DNA from: Cytophagales bacterium
GTDB taxonomy: Bacteria; Bacteroidota; Bacteroidia; Cytophagales; UBA9547
NCBI GenBank assembly: GCA_025360395.1
Contig: JANYCH010000285.1
Location: forward strand, 1 to 57,920
DNA: 57,920 bases
Direction: 5' to 3'
Below the pieces are notes generated by a model. It was given only the letters and a program-made list of their open reading frames with translations. It was not told the origin of the DNA and searched no databases. Of this stretch, positions 1-10,747 are shown one piece after another. How positions within the stretch are numbered: the stretch's first letter is position 1; every line of letters begins with the position of its first letter. The position numbers and the translations under genes were made by a program.

Positions 1-1
1 A

Positions 2-94
2 TCAAAAGCCAACGATGTTGTAATCCAAAAGCTGGTGGTTGAGATGAAAGACTACCTTGAAAAAATAAAAGAGCAAAGTTTGAATATTCTTTAG
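2..94 (+). CDS. 3' end of an unidentified gene entering from upstream of the window (ends ...EMKDYLEKIKEQSLNIL*)
   Basis: Frame 2 is open from base 2 to TAG at 92-94, while the other two + frames have early stops. Too short to name. Confidence 0.3.
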   Translation, partial: SKANDVVIQKLVVEMKDYLEKIKEQSLNIL

Positions 95-108
95 GCAGAT
101 GGGTAATA

Positions 109-149
109 GGTAATGGCTCATAGGTCTTAAAAGGCCAATAGCCATTACC
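109..149. terminator. Inverted repeat between convergent genes (ggtaatggc / gccattacc, 23-nt loop)
   Basis: 9-bp complementary arms at 109-117 and 141-149, read directly. The loop is long and the T-tract weak. Confidence 0.25.
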
Positions 150-162
150 CTTTAGCTTTAAG

Positions 163-384
163 CTAGTACTGGCTTTGTTTGCCTTCGAAACCGTCTTTTT
201 CTTTGGTTTGTTCTTTTACATCTTTTGCCATACTGTCTACTCCGACCTTGCTATACTCTTTTACGTCAGCATTTGCGTCTTTGGCATCCATTTTAGCATT
301 TTCCACCTCAGTACTAGACTGTTCCTTTTTCATACAGGAAACAAAAAGCCCGGATATTAGTAAAACTGTCAAAATCTTTTTCAT
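163..384 (-). CDS. Small lipoprotein, function unknown
   Basis: The N-terminus MKKILTVLLISGLFVSC has a lipobox-like signal, and the rest is Lys/Asp/Glu-rich. Confidence 0.5.
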   Translation of the reverse strand: MKKILTVLLISGLFVSCMKKEQSSTEVENAKMDAKDANADVKEYSKVGVDSMAKDVKEQTKEKDGFEGKQSQY

Positions 385-489
385 ACATATTTTTGTTTAG
401 TGACAAGGTAATTAAAAAATCATGCCTTTATTCATTGTATATTATTGACAATCAAATGAGATTATTCGTACTTTGTAAAAAAGCAAGAT

Positions 490-1347
490 ATGGAAGCTGA
501 ACGTAAAGACAACCTGGTAGCTGGTGCCGCAACAATTACTGTTCATGGACTATTGCTTCTTTTATTGCTTTTTAGTTTACTTAAAACACCTAATCCTCCT
601 ATGGAAGGTGGTTCTGGAGTTGTTTTAAACCTTGGTTTTGTGGATGAAGGTACTGGTGAAGTCCAAACAATGAACGAAGCAAACGACAGCCCATTAAACC
701 AAGAAGCAAAACCAAAGGAAATAGCAGAAAAATCTCCTGAACAGGAAGAAAAGCCTCAGAGGCCTGAAGACGCCAAAGAAAACTGGGTGTCAGGAGAAGA
801 AGAAACAGGTGTAACAGCCAAAACAGAAGAGAAACAGGAAGAAAAAAAGGAAGTAGCTGAAAAAAAGAATATAGCTGAAGTCGCTCCCAAAACAACAACT
901 GAAACAAAAGAAGATCAAAAAGCAACTTCAGGCAAAACAGGAACAGAAGATGCCGGAGGAAATAATAATGGAGATAAACAAGGCAAAGTAGGAGATCAGG
1001 GCAATCCTCAGGGAGAACTAAACGCTAAAGCCCTTTACGGAAATCCAGGGACTGGTGGCGATGGCAAGGGTGGAAGTGGTGGTTCATCGCTTGATATGGC
1101 TGGATGGAAAATGGATTTTAAATTGAAGACAGACGAATCTGCTGAAAATGGAAGGCTTAGGTTTAAAATAGTAGTTGATGGAGAAGGGGAAGTTATAAAG
1201 ATTGAAACATTAGAAAAATCTGTCAGCACAAATGTGGAGAACTATTATAAAAAGCAGATAGAGAATGGAAGCTTTGTGAAGGACAAAAATGCTCAAACTG
1301 CTGCGAACTCCACTGGCTACTTAACTATCATCATCAGGTCCAACTAA
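490..1347 (+). CDS. TonB-like energy-transducer family protein
   Basis: N-terminal TM helix (HGLLLLLLLFSLL), a long Glu/Lys/Pro-rich linker, a Gly-rich stretch, and a C-terminal ~80 aa resembling the TonB C-terminal fold. Confidence 0.55.
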   Translation: MEAERKDNLVAGAATITVHGLLLLLLLFSLLKTPNPPMEGGSGVVLNLGFVDEGTGEVQTMNEANDSPLNQEAKPKEIAEKSPEQEEKPQRPEDAKENWVSGEEETGVTAKTEEKQEEKKEVAEKKNIAEVAPKTTTETKEDQKATSGKTGTEDAGGNNNGDKQGKVGDQGNPQGELNAKALYGNPGTGGDGKGGSGGSSLDMAGWKMDFKLKTDESAENGRLRFKIVVDGEGEVIKIETLEKSVSTNVENYYKKQIENGSFVKDKNAQTAANSTGYLTIIIRSN

Positions 1348-1367
1348 AAAGAACAAGCTTCTTGCAA

Positions 1368-2654
1368 ATGACTTTTCAGGAAACTTTAGATTTCCTCTAT
1401 AAACAGCTGCCGGTATTTCACAGGGAAGGAGCATCTGCTTATAAAAAAGACCTCACCCGTACAATACAGCTTTTAGAATTTTTAGGAAATCCGCATCATC
1501 AGTTTAAAAGTATACATGTTGCAGGAACGAATGGAAAAGGAAGTTCGTCGCATTTTTTAGCATCAATTCTACAGGAAGCAGGTTACAAAACAGGACTTTA
1601 TACCTCGCCGCACATCAAACATTTTGGAGAGAGGATTAAAATTAAAGGTGCCTTTATTGATGAACAGTTTGTAATTGATTTTGTAAAGAGCATTCAACTT
1701 ATATTAGCTGAAATTCAACCTTCCTTTTTTGAACTTACCGTGGCAATGGCATTTCAGTATTTTGCGGAGAACAAGGTTGATATAGTCGTTGTTGAAACAG
1801 GTTTGGGAGGAAGGCTGGATTCCACCAATGTCATTTCCCCACTGGCTTGCCTGATTACAAATATAAGCTACGATCATGCAGATCTTCTTGGAAATACGTT
1901 GGGAGAGATTGCTCGTGAAAAGGCAGGAATAATCAAGAAAAATGTTCCCGTTGTAATTAGTGAAAGACAAAAGGAAATAGAAAATGTGTTTATCGAAACT
2001 GCGAAAGGATCAGATTCTAAAATATCCTTTGCTTCCGACAACATAATTGTTTCTAAGGCAGGATATTCAAACGATAAAATGCTGGTTAAAGTAATTGAAG
2101 CGGATAAAATTTATGAATTAGAAAGTGGATTGACTGGTGAGTATCAGCTTAAAAATATTTCGGGGGTTCTGAATTTGATTAAAGTGATTCAAAATCAGGG
2201 GTTTAATATCACAACTGAAAATATTAGAAAAGGAATTTCTAACATTATAACCAACACAGGATTAAAAGGACGTTGGCAAAAAATTTCTGATAAACCATTG
2301 ATCATCTGTGATATTGCTCATAATGAAGCTGGTATTGCAGAAGTGCTTAATTCTATTCAACAATTAAAAGCATCGCAGGTACATATTGTGATTGGGATGG
2401 TAAAAGACAAAGACATAAATAAGGTTCTGGCGATTTTACCCAAACATTTTAATTATTATTTTTCCCAGGCCCATACTCCAAGAGCACTTTCTTCTGAAGG
2501 GTTGAGAATGAAAGCCTTGGAATATGGTCTGAAAGGTGAGGTATTTGAGGATGTGAATATGGCTATTGAACATGCCAGTTCAAAGACTTCTTCTGATGAT
2601 GTAATTGTAGTTTGTGGAAGTACTTTTCTGATAGCAGAAGTTGAAGGGCTTTGA
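1368..2654 (+). CDS. folC: Bifunctional folylpolyglutamate synthase / dihydrofolate synthase
   Basis: Mur-ligase P-loop HVAGTNGKGSS and FolC-like sequence throughout. The ORF track starts at TTG 1362; the first ATG is at 1368. Confidence 0.85.
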   Translation: MTFQETLDFLYKQLPVFHREGASAYKKDLTRTIQLLEFLGNPHHQFKSIHVAGTNGKGSSSHFLASILQEAGYKTGLYTSPHIKHFGERIKIKGAFIDEQFVIDFVKSIQLILAEIQPSFFELTVAMAFQYFAENKVDIVVVETGLGGRLDSTNVISPLACLITNISYDHADLLGNTLGEIAREKAGIIKKNVPVVISERQKEIENVFIETAKGSDSKISFASDNIIVSKAGYSNDKMLVKVIEADKIYELESGLTGEYQLKNISGVLNLIKVIQNQGFNITTENIRKGISNIITNTGLKGRWQKISDKPLIICDIAHNEAGIAEVLNSIQQLKASQVHIVIGMVKDKDINKVLAILPKHFNYYFSQAHTPRALSSEGLRMKALEYGLKGEVFEDVNMAIEHASSKTSSDDVIVVCGSTFLIAEVEGL

Positions 2655-2668
2655 TTTAGGATAGAAGG

Positions 2669-4690
2669 CTAATTCGTTTCTAACAAAGCAAAAGCATCTT
2701 CAACATTTAAAATTGGCAACTGACAGGTTTTATTTTTGCAAACATAAATTGCTGTTTGGCCATTTATTGATCCCCGACCTTCGAGTAATTCCAGTTTACT
2801 GCTGGAGTTTGTGCCAGCCAGAACTTTGTTTTGAATGTGTTTCTTGTCGATTTTTTTCCTGAAATTTTTAAGTTCCGGTCCACAAATTGCAATCTCATAA
2901 ACAGGATTGTGAACCAATATAGAAACAGATGCCCAGTTAGAGAGATAATAGGGTTCTTTTGACAGAAGATCCTGAACCATTGAAACCATTTTGTTTCCGG
3001 TTTCTACATATTTTTCATTGGAGAGAATATGACCCAGAACAATCAGGTTTTGGGCCATCATAGAATTTGAAGATGGCACCACATTATCAAAAATCTCCTT
3101 TTTTCTAGCTATTAACTTTTCAGATTCAGAAGAAGTGAAAAAGAACAGGTTTTCCGATTCATCCCAAAAATTGAGAAGGCATGTCTTTATTAAATCTTTT
3201 GAAATATTTAACCATTTTTCATCAAATATGGCCTGATACAAATTTGTAAAGGCCATTATTACTGAAGCATAATCTTCAAGATAGCCATCAAGTTTAGCGA
3301 CCCCATTTTTGTAAGAATGCTGAAGTGAGCTTTTGTTAAGAAGCTTCATTTCGATGAACGTAGCGTTTTTTATTGCCAAATTCAAAAATATTTCTTCGTT
3401 AAAAACGCGGTATGCGTCAATTAAGCCATTCAGCATCAGTCCATTCCATGATGTCAGAATTTTATCGTCTAGTCCTGGTCTTATTCTGTTTTCTCTTTCC
3501 TTAAGCAATACTTCCTGCCAGGATTTTTCCCATAGAAGAAAAGTAGGATGATCAATCTGAAATTTTTCACAGAATTCTAAGCTTGTGTAGTTCCGGTAGA
3601 GAATATTGGTTTCATATTCCCAGGTACCATGTGGTTGAATATTGTAATATTTCAGGAACCATTCTTTCTGTAGGATGTCCAGCTTTTCAATTTCCGGGTA
3701 TTTCCAAACGTAGAATTTCCCTTCCTCTCCCTCGCTATCAGCATCCAAAGCCGAGTAAAATCCGGATTCCGGCGATGTTAACTCGCTTTCTATAAATTCT
3801 ATCGTCTGATAAACAATATCTTTATAAAGCTGTTCGCCTGTAAGCTGATATGCTTCTGTATATAAACTTACTAACTGCCCATTGTCATAAAGCATTTTCT
3901 CAAAATGAGGTGCAAACCATTCTATATCAGTAGAATAACGTGCAAAACCACCCCCAATCTGGTCGTATATACCTCCCAGCGCCATCTTTTTTAAAGTAAG
4001 GTTCAGATGGTTTAATGCAGCTTTATTTCCAGTCAAGGCGTTATATCGTAAGAGAAAAAGCCATACACAGGGCATAGGAAATTTAGGTGCCTTGTTGTTT
4101 CCGCCTAAATTATAATCGAAAGACTTTGCCAGATGCTCAAACATTTGATCATAATGCTGATTGTCTAACTTTTGATTGTTTATGGCAAGACCATATTTTT
4201 CCAGTTCAGACCGGTTTAATGATAATCCAAAACCTTCAGCTGACTCTTCGATTTTATCCCTGTTTTCTTTAAAGGCAATATCAATATTGTATAACAGTTC
4301 AATCCATCGGGATTTCGGAAAATAAGTACCACCGTAAAATGGTTTTCCATCCGGGGTTAGTACTACATTCAATGGCCAGCCACCCTGCAAACCCATAGCA
4401 TGAACAGCATCCATGTAAATCTGGTCAATATCAGGGCGCTCTTCCCTGTCTACTTTGATACAGATAAATGATTTATTCATTTGCTCTGCAACATTATCAT
4501 CTTCAAAACTTTCCCTTTCCATTACATGGCACCAGTGGCAAGCCGAATATCCAATACTTAAGATGATAGGTTTGTCTTCCTGTTTTGCCTTTGACAAAGC
4601 TTCCTCACCCCAGGGATACCAGTCTACCGGATTATGGGCATGTTGCAATAGATATGGACTGGTTTCAGATTGTAGTTTATTGCTTTGCAT
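2669..4690 (-). CDS. Thioredoxin-domain protein of the DUF255/YyaL (SPATA20-like) family
   Basis: N-terminus [22 protein letters not shown]...[11 protein letters not shown] followed by a long alpha/alpha-toroid-like region typical of this family. Confidence 0.85.
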   Translation of the reverse strand: MQSNKLQSETSPYLLQHAHNPVDWYPWGEEALSKAKQEDKPIILSIGYSACHWCHVMERESFEDDNVAEQMNKSFICIKVDREERPDIDQIYMDAVHAMGLQGGWPLNVVLTPDGKPFYGGTYFPKSRWIELLYNIDIAFKENRDKIEESAEGFGLSLNRSELEKYGLAINNQKLDNQHYDQMFEHLAKSFDYNLGGNNKAPKFPMPCVWLFLLRYNALTGNKAALNHLNLTLKKMALGGIYDQIGGGFARYSTDIEWFAPHFEKMLYDNGQLVSLYTEAYQLTGEQLYKDIVYQTIEFIESELTSPESGFYSALDADSEGEEGKFYVWKYPEIEKLDILQKEWFLKYYNIQPHGTWEYETNILYRNYTSLEFCEKFQIDHPTFLLWEKSWQEVLLKERENRIRPGLDDKILTSWNGLMLNGLIDAYRVFNEEIFLNLAIKNATFIEMKLLNKSSLQHSYKNGVAKLDGYLEDYASVIMAFTNLYQAIFDEKWLNISKDLIKTCLLNFWDESENLFFFTSSESEKLIARKKEIFDNVVPSSNSMMAQNLIVLGHILSNEKYVETGNKMVSMVQDLLSKEPYYLSNWASVSILVHNPVYEIAICGPELKNFRKKIDKKHIQNKVLAGTNSSSKLELLEGRGSINGQTAIYVCKNKTCQLPILNVEDAFALLETN

Positions 4691-4922
4691 TTTAAAGATT
4701 TAATGGGCTTTTGTAATCGCAGAAAAAAATTATAAAAAAATAGTTCCATTTAGCGGCAACCTTTTTATTAAAAACTCCATCTTAATAGAGAACCAAATGA
4801 AACTAAAGTTTTTGTTGTAACATATTAGAAACTCCACAGTCTTAAAATAAAAATATTTAACAACTACCAAACAACAAGAATAACTAAACAAACTACAAAA
4901 GAAAAAGTTGAAAAAAATGATT

Positions 4923-4957
4923 AAAAAAGGCATCTGAACTTCAGATGCCTTTTTTTG
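4923..4957. terminator. Bidirectional rho-independent terminator
   Basis: Perfect 9-bp stem ggcatctga/tcagatgcc (4929-4937 / 4941-4949), flanked by an A-run upstream and TTTTTTT downstream. It lies 20 nt past the stop of the 4978..5652 gene. Confidence 0.6.
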
Positions 4958-4977
4958 TTAAATTAGTCGAAGTAACA

Positions 4978-5652
4978 TTAATGAAGCTGCGGATCAGCTT
5001 TAGATAGTTGGTATGTTTTTGGAACCGTAAAGAAAGTGACAGGCATTATTTTCTTTTCTTTATTGGTGCTTTGAATAATAAGGTTGAATTCTTTACCATA
5101 AAATTCAATTTTCATTGGTAGTCCTTCTATGCCGGCTACGCTTATTTCTGTCATGCTTTCCAGGAAATAACCCATTATCCTGGATGAGGGATTATTGATT
5201 GACTTGGCGCACCACAAGGCAGTTTGAGTGCCTTCAGCAGAATCTTTTATGACATACTTTGTACAGGGAACGCCAGAAAAATTTTTGACTGAATCTGTTT
5301 TTACTGCTTTCAATTGCTTTCCGGACTTATGATCTAAAGATTCGATGGAAGTTTTTGTGTAAGTTTTGGTGGTTGGAAAAATAGAGTAAATAACCTTATC
5401 TGATGTTTTATAAAGAATATCTCCCAAAATACCTTCAGTCATGCCACCCAGGAACTGCAACATAGAAGATGGCCCCTTTAAGAAGAGCTTCATTTCGTTG
5501 GGAATCATGTTTTTGTATATCTCCAGATCTGTTCTGTTGGGTTCCACAACTTCATATTGGATCTTATAGGTAATGAGACCTTCAAAAGGTTGAGCATTTA
5601 CCAGGGAGGTAACGAGTATAAAAGCGGTTAATAAAAGACCAGGTAGTTTCAT
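4978..5652 (-). CDS. Secreted hypothetical protein (possibly DUF4412-like)
   Basis: The signal peptide MKLPGLLLTAFILVTSLVNAQ begins at the internal ATG (5652). The longer track ORF would overlap the end of argS. Confidence 0.55.
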   Translation of the reverse strand: MKLPGLLLTAFILVTSLVNAQPFEGLITYKIQYEVVEPNRTDLEIYKNMIPNEMKLFLKGPSSMLQFLGGMTEGILGDILYKTSDKVIYSIFPTTKTYTKTSIESLDHKSGKQLKAVKTDSVKNFSGVPCTKYVIKDSAEGTQTALWCAKSINNPSSRIMGYFLESMTEISVAGIEGLPMKIEFYGKEFNLIIQSTNKEKKIMPVTFFTVPKTYQLSKADPQLH

Positions 5653-5695
5653 ATTTATATAAAAAGGGTTGTACTTTAAAACAATTTTGCCATCA

Positions 5696-7699
5696 TCACA
5701 TTCTTTCAGGCACATCTATACCTAATAGTTTCATACAGGTTTTAATCAGGTTGCCAGTTACATAACTAATCAGCAACCGGGATTTCAAGGCAGGCATATG
5801 AGCTTCATTGAAAATAGAAACTTCCTGGTACAAGCGGTTATATTCTTTTGCCAGTTCATAAACGTAATTTGCTATTTCGGCAGGCGAATATTTCTCACCA
5901 GCCTCTTTTAATATTTGTGGAAATTTATTTAACCATACAATTACGTCCTTTTCTACCGGCAAAAGCTCAATTCTGTCAAATTCCCAAAGAGGAGTGTGGA
6001 TGCCGATTTCATCTGCTTTTCGTAATATAGCCCTGATACGGGCATGTGTATATTGAATAAATGGACCTGTATTTCCCTGAAACTGAACTGATTCCTGGGG
6101 ATCAAAGAGCATTCTTTTTTTAGGATCGACTTTAAGCAGGAAGTATTTTAGTGCCCCTAAACCAAGGGTTTGATAAAGTTTATTCGCTTCTTCTGAGCTA
6201 AAATCATTGACTTTACCTAACTCTCTCGTATTTGTTTCAGCGGTTTGAAGCATTTCATTTACAAGATCATCTGCATCTACAACGGTTCCTTCTCTGGATT
6301 TCATTTTTCCGGAAGGCAAATCGACCATTCCGTATGAAAGATGGTAGATCCCATCTGCATATGGCCTGCCAAGTTTTTTCATGATTGCCTGGAGCACTTT
6401 AAAATGGTAATCCTGCTCGTTCCCAACAACATATATAGATTTAGCAAATTGAAAATCATTGTATTTTAAATCTGCCGTGCCTAAATCCTGGGTGATATAA
6501 ACAGAAGTTCCATCATTTCTCAACACCAGCTTTTCATCTAAGCCTTCTTCCTTCAAATCTATCCAGACTGAACCATTGTCCTTGGTAAAAAATACGCCCG
6601 ATTTTAAACCTTCTTCCACAACTTCTTTCCCAAGAAGGTAAGTATTTGATTCATAATAGTATTTATCGAATTTGACGCCTATTTTTTCATAGGTTTCTTC
6701 AAAACCAGCATATACCCAGGTATTCATTTTCTGCCAGAGTTCTCTTACCTGAGAATCTCCTTCTTCCCATTTTAAAAGCATGGATTGTGCAAGAATTAAA
6801 GAGAAGTTTTTTTCTTCAACCTTAAAATTATGATCAACGGGATTAAGAATGTAATTGATAATGTTTTGCGCTTCATCTAATACACATTGATCATTTAATA
6901 ATAAACTCTTGTATTTGTTAAGATCCAATTTATCCATTCCTGGATTAGATCTTTCCAACTTTTCCAATCTATCAACCAACTCCGTAATATATTCTTCTGG
7001 AGATAATTGGCCCGATTCAACCATTGGATTTATTGACTGAATCTCCTTTGAAATAGTATCTCTGATAATTACGTTTTCTCGTAATAAAATATTGTTAAAT
7101 AAAACATAATGTTTTCCAGCTAACTTATCACCTTTTAAATTACTGGATTCTGGTGTTTCCCCGTTTCCGAATAAAATATAGGCAAGCATGGATTTGCAAA
7201 TGTGTATGCCTCTGTCGTTTACAAGATTGTTGCGGATCACCTTGTAGCCATTCGCTTCTAATATTTCTGCGACAGAATATCCCAGGAAGTTATTCCTTAA
7301 ATGGCCAAGGTGAAGTGGCTTATTGGTGTTTGGGGAAGAATATTCAACAATAACCAGTTCATTTTTATCTTCACCAAAACCATAGTTTGTTGTTTGACTT
7401 ATGCTTTTGAGGCTGTCGAGCCAGTATACATCAGAAATAGTCAGGTTTAAAAAACCTTTTACAACATTAAACCGGGTTACAAAAGGAGCATGTGCTGTTA
7501 AATATTTTCCAATGGCCTCTCCTGTTTGCTCAGGAGATAATTTTGTAAACTTTGTCAGGGAGAAACAAACCAAGGTGTGTGACCCTTCAAATTCCTTTTT
7601 TGTTTCCTGGAAAGAAATTATTTCGGGGTTTATATCAATGTTCCATACCTGTTCAAAGGCAGAGAGGACGTAAGAAGAAAGTTGATGTTCTAAATTCAT
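5696..7699 (-). CDS. argS: Arginine--tRNA ligase
   Basis: Class I motifs SSPNTNKPLHLGHLRN and GKMKSREG, a C-terminal anticodon-binding (DALR-like) region, and ATG at 7699. Confidence 0.9.
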   Translation of the reverse strand: MNLEHQLSSYVLSAFEQVWNIDINPEIISFQETKKEFEGSHTLVCFSLTKFTKLSPEQTGEAIGKYLTAHAPFVTRFNVVKGFLNLTISDVYWLDSLKSISQTTNYGFGEDKNELVIVEYSSPNTNKPLHLGHLRNNFLGYSVAEILEANGYKVIRNNLVNDRGIHICKSMLAYILFGNGETPESSNLKGDKLAGKHYVLFNNILLRENVIIRDTISKEIQSINPMVESGQLSPEEYITELVDRLEKLERSNPGMDKLDLNKYKSLLLNDQCVLDEAQNIINYILNPVDHNFKVEEKNFSLILAQSMLLKWEEGDSQVRELWQKMNTWVYAGFEETYEKIGVKFDKYYYESNTYLLGKEVVEEGLKSGVFFTKDNGSVWIDLKEEGLDEKLVLRNDGTSVYITQDLGTADLKYNDFQFAKSIYVVGNEQDYHFKVLQAIMKKLGRPYADGIYHLSYGMVDLPSGKMKSREGTVVDADDLVNEMLQTAETNTRELGKVNDFSSEEANKLYQTLGLGALKYFLLKVDPKKRMLFDPQESVQFQGNTGPFIQYTHARIRAILRKADEIGIHTPLWEFDRIELLPVEKDVIVWLNKFPQILKEAGEKYSPAEIANYVYELAKEYNRLYQEVSIFNEAHMPALKSRLLISYVTGNLIKTCMKLLGIDVPERM

Positions 7700-7788
7700 A
7701 GCTACTTTGTAAGTGCAATTTAATATATGCTGTGGTAGTTTTTGGTGTCCGGAAAAGAAAGTCTATTAGAGAAAATGAAATGTTCTCT

Positions 7789-7796
7789 TAAATTTG
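7789..7796 (+). promoter_or_regulatory. Candidate Bacteroidota -7 box TAAATTTG
   Basis: Matches TAnnTTTG, 33 nt upstream of ATG 7829. Confidence 0.35.
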
Positions 7797-7828
7797 TAGA
7801 TATAATTAAACATTAAACAACTTTTTAT

Positions 7829-8461
7829 ATGAAAAAAGCACTATTCACACTTATTCTTTCAATCTCTTCTTTATTTTCTATTGCACAGGATGCATCTGTA
7901 GCAGCACCCTCCGGCAATGGCCCTAAAAAAGGAAGTCTTTTTGCTTTTGGTACCATTGGTGTTACGTCTGAAAAACCAGCAGGTGTAAATACAAAATCAA
8001 GCGGTAAGTTTACTTTTGCACCCGGTGCAGGATATTTTATTACGGACCGCATAGCTTTAGGTGCAAGGTTATTAATTACTAAACAATTTGGCAGCGGACA
8101 AAAAGGTGGTTCTGAATTTGGTCTTCAGGCTTTTGGCCGTTATTATTTCTTACAAGACATGTTCTCAACAAAGGGTGGTTTTTTTCTTGAAGGTAATTTA
8201 GGTTTCTCTTCAGCTAAACCACAATACACAGATACTCCGGGAGTTGCTGAGCCAGGTTCTATAAGTACATTTGGTTTAGGAGTAGGTCCAGGTTTTGCAC
8301 TTTTTCCAACTAAAAGGATTGGATTTGAATTTGCTCTGCCTAACTTATTAAGCTTTTATGCAACATCAAGTGGTGGATCAGGAAGCGGAGGAAGCGGTTT
8401 TGGATTAGGGGCTTCAACATTGTCTACTCCATCGGTTACTTTCTTATATTTTATAAAATAA
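7829..8461 (+). CDS. Outer-membrane beta-barrel (porin-family) protein
   Basis: Signal peptide, alternating beta-strand pattern, Gly-rich loops, and a C-terminal aromatic (..TFLYFIK). Confidence 0.55.
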   Translation: MKKALFTLILSISSLFSIAQDASVAAPSGNGPKKGSLFAFGTIGVTSEKPAGVNTKSSGKFTFAPGAGYFITDRIALGARLLITKQFGSGQKGGSEFGLQAFGRYYFLQDMFSTKGGFFLEGNLGFSSAKPQYTDTPGVAEPGSISTFGLGVGPGFALFPTKRIGFEFALPNLLSFYATSSGGSGSGGSGFGLGASTLSTPSVTFLYFIK

Positions 8462-8467
8462 ATAATC

Positions 8468-8986
8468 ATGAAAAAATTCTTGACAATCCTGGCCATTGGA
8501 GCGATTTCCCTGGTTAATTCCTGTAAATGCAAGAAGCATGAAGATCCCAAGCCGGCTCCGGTTTCGACTTCTACTACTTATAAATCCGTTCAGTATAGAG
8601 TAGAAGAAAGTACGGATCCTGTTGAAAATGATTCGCCGATTTCGGCTAGTGTAGAGGAAGATGGCGGAGGCAATGCATTTATTGTGATCAGGTACAATCC
8701 TAAATACATTAAACCAGTTGTAGGCTATCCAAATTTTGATGTTAAACCTGTTATTGGTTATCCGGCTTTTGCTGAAGCATATGCTCTTCAGCCGGGTGTT
8801 GCAAACAATGCATGTTTAAGCCAGGCACTGGTTTTGATTTCCAAATCAACAACATATTTTGCAACTCCTACTGGTATTTGCGATTACCTGAAAGACCTCA
8901 AAAAACTTGCTCAGGATTGTTCAACTGCAAAAGCATCGCTTGACCCGGTGATAAACTTATTGAGCGCTACTTCGGGATGTAAATAA
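8468..8986 (+). CDS. Cys-containing lipoprotein, function unknown
   Basis: Lipobox LVNSC and an internal duplication KPVVGYPNF / KPVIGYPAF. Starts 6 nt after the preceding gene. Confidence 0.5.
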   Translation: MKKFLTILAIGAISLVNSCKCKKHEDPKPAPVSTSTTYKSVQYRVEESTDPVENDSPISASVEEDGGGNAFIVIRYNPKYIKPVVGYPNFDVKPVIGYPAFAEAYALQPGVANNACLSQALVLISKSTTYFATPTGICDYLKDLKKLAQDCSTAKASLDPVINLLSATSGCK

Positions 8987-9008
8987 TTTTATGAAGTGAA
9001 TTACAGGA

Positions 9009-9038
9009 GGGCTTGCAATAACTGCAAGCCCTTTTTTA
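9009..9038 (+). terminator. Rho-independent terminator
   Basis: Stem gggcttgca/tgcaagccc (9009-9017 / 9023-9031), a 5-nt loop, then TTTTTT. Confidence 0.65.
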
Positions 9039-9072
9039 TTTTTATCTGTTTATTTTATACGACATTTGCAGC

Positions 9073-10299
9073 ATGCAGTCCCAAGGCATTCAACATATTA
9101 TTTCCAAAGAAAATCATTCTAATTCTGAACCTAACAGGACATCGGTAGGAGAATTGAAAATGGAGGAGATGATTTTGAACCTTGGTCCTCAGCACCCATC
9201 TACACATGGGGTGTTACGTTTGGAAGTAATCACAGACGGAGAAATTATAAAAGATGTCATCCCTCATATTGGATATTTACACCGTTGCTTCGAAAAGCAT
9301 TCTGAATCATTGCCTTACAACCAGATAATCCCTTACGTTGACCGAATGGATTATGTGGCATCCATGAATTCAGAACATGCTTATGTTCTTGGAGTAGAAA
9401 AAATGCTGGGTATTGAAAACACATTGCCCAAAAGAATTGAATACATCAGAGTCCTAGTCGCAGAGCTCAACAGAATAGCTTCTCATTTTGTAGCGATTGG
9501 TACATATGCGGTTGATATCGGTGCATTTACCCCATTCTTATGGATGATGAGGGACAGAGAGCATATCCTAAGATTGCTTGAATGGACATGCGGCGCAAGA
9601 ATGCTTTACAATTACATTTGGATAGGCGGTCTTGTTTACGACTTGCCAGTTGGTTTTGAAGAGCAATGCGATGAATTTGTAAAATACCTTAAACCAAAAC
9701 TTTCTGAACTTGAAAAAATAATTGTTGACAATAAAATATTTATCCAGCGGACAGCCAATGTAGGTGAATTGCCCATGGCGTTGGCTATTAATTATGGATG
9801 TTCCGGGCCAGTATTAAGAGGTTCTGGTTTAAAATATGATCTGAGAAGAGTTGATGGATATTCTGTTTATCCTGAATTGGAGTTTGAAATTCCAATCGGA
9901 GAAGGAAAAATGGGCAAAACAGGAGATTGCTGGGACAGGAATTATGTTCGAGTGAAGGAATGCAGGGAATCGTTGCGAATTATTGAACAATGCCTTGAAA
10001 AGCTTACCAAAGAGCACAAAAGGACACGGGAATTTAACCCTCAGGAATTTGTTCCAAAGAAAATAAGGCCTAAATCCATGGATTTCTATGTCAGGTCAGA
10101 AAGCCCGAAAGGAGAATTGGGATTTTATTTCAGAACAGACCCGGAAGGAAAAAGCGATATTCCTTACAGGGTTAAAGCAAGGTCCTGTTGTTTTGTGAAC
10201 TTATCAGTGTTGCCAGAAATATCAAAAGGCGGAATGATTTCCGACCTGATCGCCATTATTGGTTCTATTGATGTGGTAATGGGTGAAGTTGACAGGTAA
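9073..10299 (+). CDS. nuoD: NADH-quinone oxidoreductase subunit D
   Basis: [15 protein letters not shown] near the N-terminus and the C-terminal ...[18 protein letters not shown] signature of NuoD/49-kDa subunits. A later ATG ([13 protein letters not shown]) is an alternative start. Confidence 0.85.
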   Translation: MQSQGIQHIISKENHSNSEPNRTSVGELKMEEMILNLGPQHPSTHGVLRLEVITDGEIIKDVIPHIGYLHRCFEKHSESLPYNQIIPYVDRMDYVASMNSEHAYVLGVEKMLGIENTLPKRIEYIRVLVAELNRIASHFVAIGTYAVDIGAFTPFLWMMRDREHILRLLEWTCGARMLYNYIWIGGLVYDLPVGFEEQCDEFVKYLKPKLSELEKIIVDNKIFIQRTANVGELPMALAINYGCSGPVLRGSGLKYDLRRVDGYSVYPELEFEIPIGEGKMGKTGDCWDRNYVRVKECRESLRIIEQCLEKLTKEHKRTREFNPQEFVPKKIRPKSMDFYVRSESPKGELGFYFRTDPEGKSDIPYRVKARSCCFVNLSVLPEISKGGMISDLIAIIGSIDVVMGEVDR

Positions 10300-10722
10300 T
10301 TATTCACCAAAATACTCTACAAAATTCCGGGGCGTTTCGTAAAGTTTAACGCAATGTAATTTTGCTGTTTGGGAAGCCGTTTCTATTTTGGAAGCAAGTA
10401 TTTTCCAGATTTCCATGGCCAAAGTTTCTGTACTTGCCATTTTTCCCTTCATAAAATCAACATCAATATTCAGGTTTTTATGGTCAACTTTTTCAATTAC
10501 ATGTTCTTTTATCAAAACACTTAGTTTTTTCAAATCAATCACAAAACCCGTTTCAGGATCCGGAACCCCTTTCACAGTTACAATTAATTCAAAGTTGTGT
10601 CCATGCCAGTTTTCATTTGCGCACGGACCAAAAACCTGCTCGTTCTTTTCCCGGGACCAATTTGGGTTGGCCAATTTATGAGCTGCATTAAAATGTTCCT
10701 TTCGGGAAACGTATATCATCAA
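10300..10722 (-). CDS. queD: 6-carboxy-5,6,7,8-tetrahydropterin synthase
   Basis: 140 aa with the PTPS-family zinc motif (C...HGHNF) and a full-length QueD-like sequence. Confidence 0.85.
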   Translation of the reverse strand: MMIYVSRKEHFNAAHKLANPNWSREKNEQVFGPCANENWHGHNFELIVTVKGVPDPETGFVIDLKKLSVLIKEHVIEKVDHKNLNIDVDFMKGKMASTETLAMEIWKILASKIETASQTAKLHCVKLYETPRNFVEYFGE

Positions 10723-10747
10723 TGTTTTCTTTACTTCTGCAAATATC

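Noticed and set aside
700-1000. Purine-rich quasi-repeats (gaagaaaa / gaaacag) in the TonB-like gene
   Set aside because: They are explained by the Glu/Lys/Pro-rich linker typical of TonB-family proteins and are not an independent DNA repeat.
4730-4933. 67-aa minus-strand ORF rich in Phe/Leu
   Set aside because: It is a low-complexity translation of an A/C-rich promoter region and overlaps the 4929-4949 terminator stem, so it is not credible as a gene.
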